Of a DNA stretch of 64,000 nucleotides, positions 49,523 through 60,146 are shown one piece after another; the first letter of the stretch is position 1; every line of letters begins with the position of its first letter. Position numbers and translations under genes: made by a program. The stretch spans positions 1 to 64,000 of the forward strand of contig CAXXUA010000015.1 in the NCBI GenBank assembly GCA_963663765.2, in the 5' to 3' direction. Source of the stretch: Candidatus Poribacteria bacterium (lineage in GTDB: Bacteria; Poribacteria; WGA-4E; WGA-3G). The notes below the pieces were generated by a model. That model was not told where the DNA came from. It saw only the letters and a program-made list of their open reading frames with translations, and did not search any database.

Positions 49523-50704
49523 TTATCTGTATCTGAGCCAAACGGTTACGATTACATTTGTGAGTGAAGCGGCGAAACTCAACACACGCCAATCAATTCG
49601 TGTTCGTTCTAATATTCGTAGTTGATCGTTTGGGTGAAGGTATACTTCAGACTGTACTAGGTTGAAGTTTAGTTCTTCTTGTGTACCGTTTGCTCTGGTT
49701 AATATACATTTTTTTGAGTTTGCTTTTTCCTCGTCTAAACCGCCAGCCATTGCTACAGCATCTCTAAGGAGTGTTGGCTCGGTAATAACATATTGTGCGG
49801 GTTTATCTACTGCTCCGACCACACTAATTTTTGCTTCAGCAAGTGGAACATATAAAGTATCTCCTGGTGCTAAAGTTGCAGCTACATTTTCCGTAGTCAG
49901 GTCAACAGGAGTATTTTCATTATCAGTAATAATTTCTGAGTTCTTTAAATCTGCGAAATCTGATCTGGAACCTCCTGCGAGTTTTAATGCTTGATCAGCT
50001 GGTATCTGTTGGTTTGTAATCGGGTAAAAACCTGGAGTGACAACAGCCCCTATAACGCGAATTCTGCGCTGTTGATAAATTGATGGGACAATCACGACAT
50101 CGTAATTCTTCAATGGGAAATCAGTTTCGTTTGATTCAATTATATCTTGAAAATCAACAGTTTTTATAACCTTTCCATCTCGCAAGATAGCAATTTTGGA
50201 AAGGTCTGCAAGTTCATAGTTGATTCCCGCTGCAGCCAATGCTTGTACCAGATAAACTTGCCCAGTTTCAAAGACGTGTACATTTCCTCTGGCTTTCGGT
50301 TCAACAGCCCCGAATACCAAAATATATCGTTTTGGTTGCATGAGGGTAACAAAGACTCTTGCACTCGGTAGTTTTTTTGAAAACCCTTTTTGCATTTGTG
50401 CTTGTAGTTCAGAAATTGTCAAACCAGAAGCTTTTACAAGTCCAATTAGAGGATAGGAGATAAAACCGTCAAGTTGTAGCGGTACAGGGATACGGTCTTT
50501 AGTATATTCAGGAAAACCCTCTACAGTAACAACGATGCTGTCACCAACTTGCAATTTGTATGTAGAAGTTTCAGGATATTGGGGACTATCTGTAACAATG
50601 TTTTCGTTGGATGGTGGTTCTGCAAATATTGTAGATGTAATACTGAACTGACCCGTAAATATCAGGATAAGAAATAAAAAACGACAGTATGAAGTCAAGT
50701 GCAT
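49523..50704 (-). CDS. wza: Polysaccharide export protein with SLBB domains
   Basis: YKLQVGD, DGFISYPLIG.V.ASGLT, repeated V.GAV..PG SLBB motifs; adjacent to wzc. Confidence 0.82.
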   Translation of the reverse strand: MHLTSYCRFLFLILIFTGQFSITSTIFAEPPSNENIVTDSPQYPETSTYKLQVGDSIVVTVEGFPEYTKDRIPVPLQLDGFISYPLIGLVKASGLTISELQAQMQKGFSKKLPSARVFVTLMQPKRYILVFGAVEPKARGNVHVFETGQVYLVQALAAAGINYELADLSKIAILRDGKVIKTVDFQDIIESNETDFPLKNYDVVIVPSIYQQRRIRVIGAVVTPGFYPITNQQIPADQALKLAGGSRSDFADLKNSEIITDNENTPVDLTTENVAATLAPGDTLYVPLAEAKISVVGAVDKPAQYVITEPTLLRDAVAMAGGLDEEKANSKKCILTRANGTQEELNFNLVQSEVYLHPNDQLRILERTRIDWRVLSFAASLTNVIVTVWLRYR

Positions 50705-51417
50705 TTATTTATTGTTGCCTTTTAAGTGGATTCTTCTTACAAATCTTTTGATTAATTTAGTGTTTTGATGTTTTTGAATTATATATTCTTCATAAATTCT
50801 TGTGAATTTGTTTTATGTATTTTAGCAGGTATATGGATAGAATTCAAGTGAAAAGGTGTGGACAGAGTTATTCAGATTTACCCATTATTCACATATTTGT
50901 TCGTTTTTTGTGTAGATAAAATAGAATTTTGCACTTGATTTGTCGCTATTACGAATTCTGCAAAACTGAACACGTGGTCTGAAATAACATACCGTGGTAT
51001 TTTATAAAAATTGGTTTTTAAACCAGTCGTAGTAAGGTATGAAAGCGTTTTTTCTAATACGTAATATTTTTTTGTAAGTTTCTTGTATGTCTGTTTTTTT
51101 ACTGGTGTCGTTGCTTTTTTGTATTGCTCTTTTTTATGAGAGGAATCACTGCAAATTGTTTGTGCGTTTCTTGAGATTTCCTATGAATATGCTACTATTA
51201 AAACCGTACCGTACGGTACGGTTTTACCGGTTTGAGGTGCGGTTTTGAAAACATGGAATGCGTCCAGTATCTATAAGGATTTATCGGGGTTTTTGTTGTG
51301 TTTTTTTGCTAAATTAATTTCATTTTTTGGTGCGGTTATTTTTGTGATATTTTGAGTATGGGTGTTGGTTTTGCATAGTGTTTTTTTGTATGCTTTTCTT
51401 TATGTATATATTATAAA

Positions 51418-51600
51418 CAGGACTTACGCACCGAACGGTAGGCGGAGAATGCCTAAAGGCGAATGCGCGTATGGCATTCGCCATGATTCATACCGTTGAT
51501 TTGGTGCTTTGTAAGCGCGCTGGAAACCTAAAAAATGCTGAAAATATCATCATTTTTCGTCGTAATTCTTGACTAAAACATGAAAACTGCGTAAGTCCTG
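51418..51600. mobile_element. MITE family B with compound mini-element insert
   Basis: Perfect TIRs; insert after GTAGGCG ending GTTGATTTGG. Confidence 0.8.
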
Positions 51601-51873
51601 ATATATGATCTTTTATGGGTTTTGTAGTTTTTTGGGTGTCTGTTTATTGGGATATCCAATAGATTAGCAATAGATATCCATTGGGTTTTGGTTAGTAGTA
51701 TTTTTTTGAGGATTTTCAATACAAGAAATCATCGGGATGTATGCCAAAATGCATTCCCGTATGGTATTCCTCGGATTACGTGGAGTGCACGGAGTGTGTA
51801 CGGAATCGCAGATTACGCTGAGATGATACCTGCATGAAGACGTATGGCATAAATGATGGTTTGTCTAATCAAT

Positions 51874-52028
51874 CAGGACTTACGCACCCAACGGTAGGCG
51901 TGCTTTGTAGGCGGGGAATGCCAAAAGGCATTCATACCGTTGATTTGGCGCTGGAAACAGAAAATGCTGAAAATTACACCATTTTCGTCATAATTCTTCA
52001 TCAAATCATGAAAACTTCGTAAGTCCTG
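51874..52028. mobile_element. MITE family B with mini-element insert
   Basis: TIRs; 5-bp direct repeat TCAAT. Confidence 0.8.
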
Positions 52029-52157
52029 TCAATTATACCAAAATAACGGAAATCATCTTATTTTTATGGTTGCTGGTGTCGTTAGGAAACCGAACCTACC
52101 GCCGTGTATAAGTAATTATGGATTTTAGTATAAACACAAGCGCATTCCTGATTAACT

Positions 52158-52352
52158 CTCAGACATCTTTTGGGTTGCCATCTAATTCGCCATTGTTATG
52201 ACCTAAAAATTCTTGAACGGTATTACCATTTATTGTTCCAGCATCAAATGACCAATACTAACAACGCCATCTTTATTGAATTGGGATTCTGAGTATTGAC
52301 AGAAATAACACTATAAACTGAGTATGAAAATAACAACAAAACAGATCGTTGA
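52158..52352 (-). pseudogene. Degenerate N-terminal fragment of a LamG paralog
   Basis: QFNKDGVVS / frameshift / YWSFDAGTINGNTVQEFLGHNNGELDGNPKDV* parallels the N-terminus of 52388-53179; boundaries approximate. Confidence 0.7.
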
Positions 52353-52387
52353 ATGCTTAATTATTCCTCTTGTTCCTAAGACACAAT

Positions 52388-53179
52388 TTAGAATGATGCT
52401 TTTATTTTTCCCCAACTTGTAGTCAGTTTGTCTTTAGGCTGAACTGGAAGTCCTTCTGCAGTGTATAGTTGCATGACTTCGTTTTCGGTAAGAGCTCGAT
52501 CATAAATGACTACTTCATCAATCAGACCTATGAAACCCCCATCACTTGCTTTTCCGATTACAGTTTCTATACCCTCTGACTGCATTGGTCCGTTGTAATC
52601 GATATCGTTTTCTAATTTACCATCTGCATAGAGGTACTTCTTGTTTCCATCAACGATAGCGACAATATGGTGCCATTCATTTTTAGCAAAGAATGCTATT
52701 CCAAATCCGCTATCACCTTGCCAACTTGGCATTGTAATAAATTCGTACTCTTGACCAGCGTTTCGACCGTCAAAACGTAATGCCCAACTATTCAAATCCC
52801 TTTGTGCGACAATGTTCCCACAACACCCAGCAACAACACCTATGACTGGACTATCTTCTGCTGCATTGACCCAAGCTGCGACAGTCATCTCTTCAGCCCC
52901 GTTGAAATCAAGTGTATCAGTTCCTGGTATTATTACGAAGTTCTCACCATTGAATTCAAGAGCTTTGTCTACTTTACCTGTTACAACATTAGGATTTCCA
53001 TTCAATTCTCCATTGTTTTGACCTATAACGTCTTGAACGGTATTTCCATTTATTGTTCCAGAATCAAAAGGCCAATACCCAACAACTCCATCTGTAGGGA
53101 ATTGTGCGATTACAACCGGTGCGAATAGTATAAAATAAAAGATGCCAAATGTCGTGTTTAATATATTTTTTCTTGACAT
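52388..53179 (-). CDS. Secreted LamG-like jellyroll protein with TTxWG C-terminal tail
   Basis: YWPFD, ALEFNG, WHHIV, LYADG, GLIDEV.IY.RALT; ends PVQPKDKLTTSWGKIK; AGGAG RBS before ATG 53179. Confidence 0.88.
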   Translation of the reverse strand: MSRKNILNTTFGIFYFILFAPVVIAQFPTDGVVGYWPFDSGTINGNTVQDVIGQNNGELNGNPNVVTGKVDKALEFNGENFVIIPGTDTLDFNGAEEMTVAAWVNAAEDSPVIGVVAGCCGNIVAQRDLNSWALRFDGRNAGQEYEFITMPSWQGDSGFGIAFFAKNEWHHIVAIVDGNKKYLYADGKLENDIDYNGPMQSEGIETVIGKASDGGFIGLIDEVVIYDRALTENEVMQLYTAEGLPVQPKDKLTTSWGKIKASF

Positions 53180-53289
53180 AGATTTATCTCCTAATTTGAT
53201 GATAGTTTCATTCGTAGTTTGCGTATTAATCAACCTTCGGGTGGTTTTATGATTATACTATGGTTAGGTTTATGTGTCAATCATTTTAT

Positions 53290-53981
53290 CCGGGTGTGTA
53301 AAGTGTTTGCACAGAGGTACTAACTTTTGTTCTCTTTAGTCCCGTAGGGACGCAATGTTTATAGAATGACGTTATCACATCCTCTCTCTTTAGTTCCGTA
53401 GGAACGATAGAGAAGGATAAACATATCGTCCCTACCAAATCAACGCCAAATGCGCCAAATCAACGGCATGAATGCCATTAAGGCATTCCCCGTATGGCAT
53501 TTGTCAGGACTAAAAAGACGTGGGGATATGTATTTCTATAAACATATCGTCCCTACGGGACTGAAGAATATGGTTAATATTAACAATATTTCTTTATATT
53601 GACACTTAATGAAGTTGACAATCAAAATCGGTAGTTGTATTCGTAGGGGTTGGGTTCCCCTACCCGTTTGGTTTTTGAGTTTGCGTAGATCATGTGTGGA
53701 AACAACGCCCCTACGAATACACAACTTGAACGTCAAAACTCATTAGGTCTCTCTGTGTCCGCAATCTCTCATTTAATCAGTTGCGGCGGGGCACAGAGAC
53801 CCGGGGAATGCCTAAAGAAGCATGCGCGTATGGCATGCTCCATGATTCATACCCGGGGAATGCCAAAAGGCATTCATACCCGGGGAATGCCAAGAGGCAT
53901 TCATACCGTTGATTTCTTGATTTCTTGATTTCGCCCTACAATGGAGAGTGGGATGTTTGTGCAAAAACTTTACACACCCTG
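53290..53981. mobile_element. Composite non-coding element bounded by ~24-bp inverted repeats, filled with REP clusters and mini-elements
   Basis: CCGGGTGTGTAAAGTGTTTGCACA / TGTGCAAAAACTTTACACACCCTG; no clear target duplication. Confidence 0.65.
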
Positions 53982-54056
53982 TTAAGTAAAATATGTTGAC
54001 AAATTTCCATATATTCACTAAAATAATCCCAATCTTTAGCAACATGGAGACAACCA

Positions 54057-54911
54057 ATGGAAAGAATACCGATTGTTGATACGCATGTTCATCTATGGCA
54101 TCCTAAACACCTGAGATATCCTTGGCTGAAGCAGGTTCCTGCGTTAAATAGACGTTATCTATTGAAAGACTATGGTGCTGCAACGGAGAATATAGAAGTA
54201 ACATCTTTTGTTTTTGTGCAATGTGACACACATCCTGATGATGGTTTGAAAGAGACTGACTGGGTTACATCACTTGCAGGAGTAGAACCGCGCCTTCGTG
54301 GTATCGTAGCCTGGGCACCGCTTGAAGAAGGACCGCGAGTCGCAGCATTTGTTGAGAAACTTGCTGAGGAAAAACTTGTGAAAGGTATCCGTCGGCTTGT
54401 TCAAGGTGAAAGTGTTGATTTCTGCATACAACCCAAGTTTGTAGAAGGTGTTAAAACGCTTGCAAAATATGGTTTGAGTTTTGATATCTGTATCTTTCAC
54501 CCACAACTTGCAAATGCGATACAACTTGTTGAGCAGTGTCCACATGTTCAATTTATCTTAGATCATATTGCAAAACCAGACATCAAGAACCAACTATTTG
54601 AGCCGTGGAAGCAAGAGATAAAGACACTTGCTGCTTTTCCAAATGTTTTCTGCAAAATATCTGGATTAGTGACAGAAGCAGACCATGAGTCGTGGACGCC
54701 AAGTGATTTACAGCCATATATTGAGCATGTTATAGATTGTTTTGGATTTAGCCGTGTCGTTTATGGTAGTGATTGGCCAGTGTGCACGCTTTCCTCTGAT
54801 TATTCACGTTGGGTGCAGACCTTGTATGATGCTGTTGAAGGCTGTTCATCTGAAGAAAAAAACAATCTTTTTTACGATAATGCTGTCAAGTTCTATAGAC
54901 TTGTAAAGTGA
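54057..54911 (+). CDS. Amidohydrolase family 2 (sugar-lactonase-like)
   Basis: DTHVHLW, KGIRR, LSFD, LDHIAKP, CKISG, YGSDWPV. Confidence 0.9.
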   Translation: MERIPIVDTHVHLWHPKHLRYPWLKQVPALNRRYLLKDYGAATENIEVTSFVFVQCDTHPDDGLKETDWVTSLAGVEPRLRGIVAWAPLEEGPRVAAFVEKLAEEKLVKGIRRLVQGESVDFCIQPKFVEGVKTLAKYGLSFDICIFHPQLANAIQLVEQCPHVQFILDHIAKPDIKNQLFEPWKQEIKTLAAFPNVFCKISGLVTEADHESWTPSDLQPYIEHVIDCFGFSRVVYGSDWPVCTLSSDYSRWVQTLYDAVEGCSSEEKNNLFYDNAVKFYRLVK

Positions 54912-54940
54912 AATGTGTTTGAAGGACATCTGTAAAATTA

Positions 54941-55984
54941 TTAACGGCTAATGCGTACACTACCCGCTTGCATTGCTTTCTCTGCTTCTGCGGCAGTTGC
55001 CCAATTAAAGTCTCCTGGGAAAGTATGTGCCAACGCTGAATAACCTCCTGCAAAGTCAACTGCTTCTTGAGGAGTTTTCCCATTCAGTAGGCTATAGATT
55101 AGACCCGATGAAAAACTGTCTCCACCTCCAACTCTATCCACCAGTTCTAAGTTTTCATATATTCGAGAAAGGTAGAAGTTTTTACCGTCATAGAGGAGCG
55201 TGCGCCAATCATTTAGCCATCCGGTTTTGGCGTCACGAAGCGTGGTACCGATCATCTCAATGTTAGGAAATGCTTCTTTGACGCGTTGTGCAACTTCTTT
55301 ATAGCTTTCAGGTTCCAGTTTACTATATGATTCAGTTGTACCTTCAGCAGCAAATCCAAGAGATTTCTCAAAGTCTTCTTCATTTCCAATGAGAACTGAA
55401 ACGTGTTTCATCATTGGTCTGTTTATAACTTGAGCTTGTTCTGCAGTCCACAATTTGGAGCGGAAGTTAAGATCATAACTCGTTTTGAGACCAGCATCCT
55501 TGGCGGCTTGTAGTGCTTCAGCTGAAACAGCAGCTGCAGATTCTGATAATGCAGGCGTTATTCCACTCAGATGAAACCAGCGTGCATTAGCAAAAATGGA
55601 TGACCAATCAATTTCACCGGGTTGAACATTTGAGATTGCGGAATGTCCTCTGTCGTAGGTGACACTACTTGCACGAGGACCGGCACCCATTTCCAGATGA
55701 TAGAACCCATTTCTTTCAAAACCGACTCCGTCAAAATCAACCCAAACGATGTTGGACATATCTACTCCTAATTCCTGTCCCTTGTTTCGGATGTATTTTC
55801 CGGACCAATTATCAACGAGACGTGATACCCACGCAGTTTTTAAACCGAGTTGCGCAGCGTTGACTGCTACGTTCATCTCGGCACCACCTGCGGTAATTGC
55901 AAGTGATGAGACCTGCTCTAAACGCATGAATTCTGGTGCGGTGAGTCGGATCATTGCTTCCCCAAATGTAACTAAGTCATACAT
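54941..55984 (-). CDS. kdgK: PfkB family sugar kinase (2-keto-3-deoxygluconate kinase-like)
   Basis: FGEAMIRL, GGAEMNVA, HLSGITPAL, DLNFRSKLW, DRVGGGDSF. Confidence 0.8.
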   Translation of the reverse strand: MYDLVTFGEAMIRLTAPEFMRLEQVSSLAITAGGAEMNVAVNAAQLGLKTAWVSRLVDNWSGKYIRNKGQELGVDMSNIVWVDFDGVGFERNGFYHLEMGAGPRASSVTYDRGHSAISNVQPGEIDWSSIFANARWFHLSGITPALSESAAAVSAEALQAAKDAGLKTSYDLNFRSKLWTAEQAQVINRPMMKHVSVLIGNEEDFEKSLGFAAEGTTESYSKLEPESYKEVAQRVKEAFPNIEMIGTTLRDAKTGWLNDWRTLLYDGKNFYLSRIYENLELVDRVGGGDSFSSGLIYSLLNGKTPQEAVDFAGGYSALAHTFPGDFNWATAAEAEKAMQAGSVRISR

Positions 55985-55988
55985 GTAA

Positions 55989-56252
55989 TTACTCTCCTGA
56001 TGAAATACTCATTATACTATTATATTCTTCTTGTAGTTCTTTGATACAATTTCCACAAAAACAGTAGATTTTACCGTAGGTACCAATCTCTTTTTCTACC
56101 AATTGGTTTAGTGGAAAATCATCTTGACAAATTGCACATACCTCTATGGGTTCGGTAGGATTTTCTTTATCGTCCTTTTTTTCTCTTGCATTGTAGAGCA
56201 ATATCAAAAAAACTAATGTTGGTAAGATAAAAATAAAAAAGATGAAATGCAT
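55989..56252 (-). CDS. Small membrane-anchored protein with putative zinc finger
   Basis: N-terminal TM; CAIC ... CFCGNC. Confidence 0.65.
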   Translation of the reverse strand: MHFIFFIFILPTLVFLILLYNAREKKDDKENPTEPIEVCAICQDDFPLNQLVEKEIGTYGKIYCFCGNCIKELQEEYNSIMSISSGE

Positions 56253-56332
56253 AGCATATTCCCTATTTTAAAAAAGTGCATCTTGCTTTGTGTACTATAG
56301 TTGATAACGATGAATGTGTCAACGGAATTTGT

Positions 56333-56733
56333 CAGGGTTATTCAGTTTTAAGAATCTATCGTTATTCCAGTTAACTTTGGGTTAAAATTAGTGAATATAT
56401 AGGGATTTTTGATGTATTCTTTATTATTGTCAGAACCAGGATTTTCAAATCAAGAAATCAACGGTATGATTGCTATATAGCATTCCCCGGGTATGAATGC
56501 CGTATGGCATTCCCCGGGATTAGAAGACTATCAAGATTTCTTTCATCAAATCCTATTCCAAAAGAGGCATAAACGCATATAAAAAACCCTTGACGAGGTA
56601 AATCCTGAAAATCTACTAATCTTGAAAATCCTGGTTCAGACAAAGCATGAGTTAACTCCACAAAAATTAACTAATTTAAGGATTAACGACTGTGGTAGAA
56701 TTTACAAAATAAATTGAAATCTAAATAACACTA
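56333..56733. mobile_element. MITE family A carrying a TGTC(A/T)GAACCAGGATTTT element (56428-56642) that itself holds mini-elements
   Basis: Left TIR CAGGGTTATTCAGTTTTAAG, degenerate right TIR, perfect 9-bp direct repeat GGAATTTGT. Confidence 0.8.
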
Positions 56734-56838
56734 GGAATTTGTAGCGAGAATAGCATAATTTTGCTAAAATGTGGGTGTTAAGAGATTCATTCTAAACAGT
56801 TCCTGCAAGAATATGGAACAGTAGAAGGAAAATATGTT

Positions 56839-57966
56839 ATGAGCAAAATAGCACATGTGGATGTATATCCGATATCCATTGGTATGAAGGACAAATTTAC
56901 GATTGGAACCGGTTTTGTTGGAGATGCGGATTCTGCGGGTGACCATGTTTTTGTAAAAATTACAACAGATGACGGGTTCGTTGGATGGGGAGAACAACGT
57001 GCGCTCCCATCATGGAGTTACGAGACTACAGAATCTATAACATCTACGATTCGAAATTATATTACACCTCTTCTGTTCGGCAAAAATCCAATAAACCGAA
57101 ATGCAATTCACACTGCAATGTATCAAACATTAAAACCAGCAGTGAGTAATGGACATCCCTTTGCAAAGGCAGCTGTGAATATTGCATTGTGTGACATAAG
57201 CGGACAAATTCTGGGTGTACCTATTCATGTGCTTTTTGGGGGGAAGCGACACGATACGCTTCCACTCAGTTATGCGTTAAGTATTGATACACCTGAAATA
57301 ATGGCGTTGAAAGCTAAAGCGTTAGCACCTTGTACCTGTTTCAAGGTGAAAGTAGCAGGTGTGCCATCAGTAGATGAAGACCGAATACGTGCAATTCATG
57401 AAGCTGCACCCAATGCTAAACTTTGGATTGATGCGAATCAATCTTACACACCATCAAATGCGTTAGACTTACTTCATCGTGTGAAAGATATTGATACCAT
57501 CTACTGTATGGAACAACCGGTTGCAAGCCAAGATTGGTTTGGAATGAAACGTGTTAAAGAATCATCACCGATTCCAATTGCAATTGATGAAGGTTGTTTT
57601 AGCCATTATGATCTTGGTAAAATTGCACGTCTTGAATCTGCGGATGCTGTTGTCCTGAAGTTATGTAAGTCTGGTGGTCTAACAGAATGCCTGAGGAGTG
57701 TCAATGTTGCAGCAGCAAATGCGATTGAACTCTTAGGTAGTGGTTTAACTGAGGCGGGTGTAGGTTTCATCGCAAGTGTACATCTCTTTTCTACTATTGA
57801 TTTGGTGTTACCAGCAGAACTAAACGCACCTGTGTTCTTAGACAATATGGTTGTAGATGGTATAGAGATTAATGAGCATGAAGTAACAGTTCCAGATGCA
57901 CCTGGACTTGGGATTACTGTAGATGAAGAATATATCAAAGCGAATTTGTTGAAATACGATGTTTAG
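56839..57966 (+). CDS. Mandelate racemase/muconate lactonizing enzyme (enolase superfamily)
   Basis: TDDG.VGWGE, FKVKV, IDANQ, EQP, IAIDE, LKLCKSGG, PDAPGLG. Confidence 0.9.
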   Translation: MSKIAHVDVYPISIGMKDKFTIGTGFVGDADSAGDHVFVKITTDDGFVGWGEQRALPSWSYETTESITSTIRNYITPLLFGKNPINRNAIHTAMYQTLKPAVSNGHPFAKAAVNIALCDISGQILGVPIHVLFGGKRHDTLPLSYALSIDTPEIMALKAKALAPCTCFKVKVAGVPSVDEDRIRAIHEAAPNAKLWIDANQSYTPSNALDLLHRVKDIDTIYCMEQPVASQDWFGMKRVKESSPIPIAIDEGCFSHYDLGKIARLESADAVVLKLCKSGGLTECLRSVNVAAANAIELLGSGLTEAGVGFIASVHLFSTIDLVLPAELNAPVFLDNMVVDGIEINEHEVTVPDAPGLGITVDEEYIKANLLKYDV

Positions 57967-59119
57967 CAGCGAGAACGAGTTGCGCGACCATAACAGTGAA
58001 GAACATTACTGCACACAGGAGATATGGGCTTTGCAGTCCCCAACCAATATCTGTAGAAATACCACCGAACAATGGACCTACCAGAATTCCTAACCCTAAT
58101 ACTGCTTCGTGCCAACCGCTTTTGTTTCCTTTATCAGTATGTCTGTGTAAACCGTAGTAAAGACTACTAAAATAGGTGACGGCTGCGGATAATCCGATAG
58201 TTGCAAAAGCACATATCCAGAGGATTGTATGTTGAAATTTCCATATTCCGAGGAAACTGAGCATTGCCAGAGTTTGTACAATAAGGATTGGACGCAATCG
58301 GTAATGCCATCGTGTGCAGAATCCGGATCCAAGACCAAGAAACGCAAAAGTTTGTACACCTCCAAGTGCAAGCATATAATTACCGTATATTTTGGGTGAT
58401 ATATTCATTTCCAGAATTAATTTCGGTGAGAGTCTGCGTAATATCCCTAAACCGAACCAGGAAGCAAAATTAGCACATCGTGCAATGTTGAGATGGAGAG
58501 ATCTTACTTCGGGAGTTGGGAAGAGTATTTCAACATTCTCACTATGTGCTTCAGTGGTTAGTAATTTCTTTTCAGTTTTATGAAAAGACAGCAATGCGAT
58601 TGTGTACACACTAAGAATAGCGGATATATGAAACGGTCTAAATGGGTTTTCATCATGGTATAGATAGCTTGATAGCGATGGACCTAAAGTTACACCGATG
58701 CTCCAAAACAGATTGAAGAGTGTTACACGTTGTATAAGTTTGCTTTCGCTTTCCTGTTCAGACAACCATGCTTCATAGGCGGGCCAAAAGAGTGCGAGAG
58801 AAACACCTAATATAGGGAAAGTAAGTAATAGAGAGATTTTACTTTTGCAAAATGGAAGCAAGAGACTTACTCCAGCTAAAACAACGCATGCAGTGTATAA
58901 CATACGTCGCCGGTCAACTCGATCCGATAGTTTTCCACATGGGATTGCAAGACATGTAAAACTTGCTGTAGCCATCGCCATCAAGACACCGACAAAGGTT
59001 GATGTAAGTTTTAGGTGATTACTATAAAATGATGAGTTGGTGAATACACTACTTAGGGCAAGATCTATGAGTAGGACAGGTAAGTAAACGGTGATTAAGT
59101 GTGTCGGTCTTATGTGCAT
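57935..59119 (-). CDS. MFS transporter
   Basis: About 12 TM segments; GKLSDRVDRR motif A. Confidence 0.88.
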   Translation of the reverse strand: MHIRPTHLITVYLPVLLIDLALSSVFTNSSFYSNHLKLTSTFVGVLMAMATASFTCLAIPCGKLSDRVDRRRMLYTACVVLAGVSLLLPFCKSKISLLLTFPILGVSLALFWPAYEAWLSEQESESKLIQRVTLFNLFWSIGVTLGPSLSSYLYHDENPFRPFHISAILSVYTIALLSFHKTEKKLLTTEAHSENVEILFPTPEVRSLHLNIARCANFASWFGLGILRRLSPKLILEMNISPKIYGNYMLALGGVQTFAFLGLGSGFCTRWHYRLRPILIVQTLAMLSFLGIWKFQHTILWICAFATIGLSAAVTYFSSLYYGLHRHTDKGNKSGWHEAVLGLGILVGPLFGGISTDIGWGLQSPYLLCAVMFFTVMVAQLVLAAKHRISTNSL

Positions 59120-59153
59120 TGATATGTGGGGCTTGCATTATCTGTATTGCAGT

Positions 59154-60146
59154 CTACGGGTCTACTATTTTTGCATCAACGGTATGATAACCTAATGCGC
59201 CAACAGGTTTAACTTTAAGGAACATTTCATCCTGAGTGACACCGCTATTTGTGGTAGCCCTGGCGTATATTTCAACTGGGTTGTTTTTCTTAGGTACTTT
59301 CCAAGTCCATTTCCAAAGCACCCATGCTAAAGGAGTATCCTTCGCCCAGATTTTTGCTTCATTCCAGTTTTCACCGTAGTCAATGCTAACTTCAACTTTC
59401 TTGATTCCCCCATGATGTCCAGCATCAAATGCAGCCCCACTGATGATGTAATCTTCACCTGCAATTATTTCTTCCTCTGAGGAGGGAGTACCGATTACAG
59501 TAGCGAGTTTGATATTTGCCACCGGATCCCATCCTTTTTCTTCCCAATAACTTGTATGTTTTTCTGCAAGTTGGATATTGACGATCCATTTTGGATTCTT
59601 CGTACCGTAGTGTCCGGGATTGAGCAATCGGACAGGGTAACCGTGGTCTACTGGTAAAGTTTCACCATTCATTTCATAAGCAAGGATAGTATCTTCATGT
59701 AATGCATCAGCGAGTGGAATTGCTGTATGGTATGAATCTGCACAACGGAAGACAACTACCTTCGCTTTTGGTTTTATTATTACTTTCTGAAGTAGGTCGC
59801 GCAATCGGACACCTTTCCATTTTGCATTCCCCATCTGTTCCGTACCGATTGGGTCACCGATGCATTTCAGAGTTCGCATTGTCTCAACAGCTTCCATTGC
59901 TTTAATCTCTTTTAGTTGCATCGGTGGCATGGGTTTTTCGACTAAACCTGTAATAACTAATCGCCAACCTGCTTCATTGAGTTCAGCGGGGTCATCGAGT
60001 TGAAGTATATAGAATTCATCATTTGGTGTAATCAGAGTGCGGGGTTTTAACAATGGTACATCTTCTTCTTGTGCTTGCAATTTAATCGGTAAAACCATGC
60101 CTGCGGCACTCATTGCGCTGATTCTTATGAAAGTCCTTCGTTTCAT
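59154..60146 (-). CDS. Tat-exported molybdopterin-dependent oxidoreductase (sulfite oxidase family)
   Basis: RRTFI Tat motif, TPNDEFY, TLKCIG, HGYPVRL..PG.YG.KNPKW, VEVS.D.G..W. Confidence 0.9.
   Translation of the reverse strand: MKRRTFIRISAMSAAGMVLPIKLQAQEEDVPLLKPRTLITPNDEFYILQLDDPAELNEAGWRLVITGLVEKPMPPMQLKEIKAMEAVETMRTLKCIGDPIGTEQMGNAKWKGVRLRDLLQKVIIKPKAKVVVFRCADSYHTAIPLADALHEDTILAYEMNGETLPVDHGYPVRLLNPGHYGTKNPKWIVNIQLAEKHTSYWEEKGWDPVANIKLATVIGTPSSEEEIIAGEDYIISGAAFDAGHHGGIKKVEVSIDYGENWNEAKIWAKDTPLAWVLWKWTWKVPKKNNPVEIYARATTNSGVTQDEMFLKVKPVGALGYHTVDAKIVDP

Noticed and set aside
46820-50704. Complete capsule/EPS biosynthesis island
   Set aside because: Only wza and wzc are present; no glycosyltransferase, flippase or polymerase genes nearby
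53536-54057. Small ORFs (53536-53736, 53692-53928, 53812-54057; also 51834-52022, 56473-56661, 26661-26921)
   Set aside because: They lie within or across MITE/REP/mini-element sequence; chance reading frames
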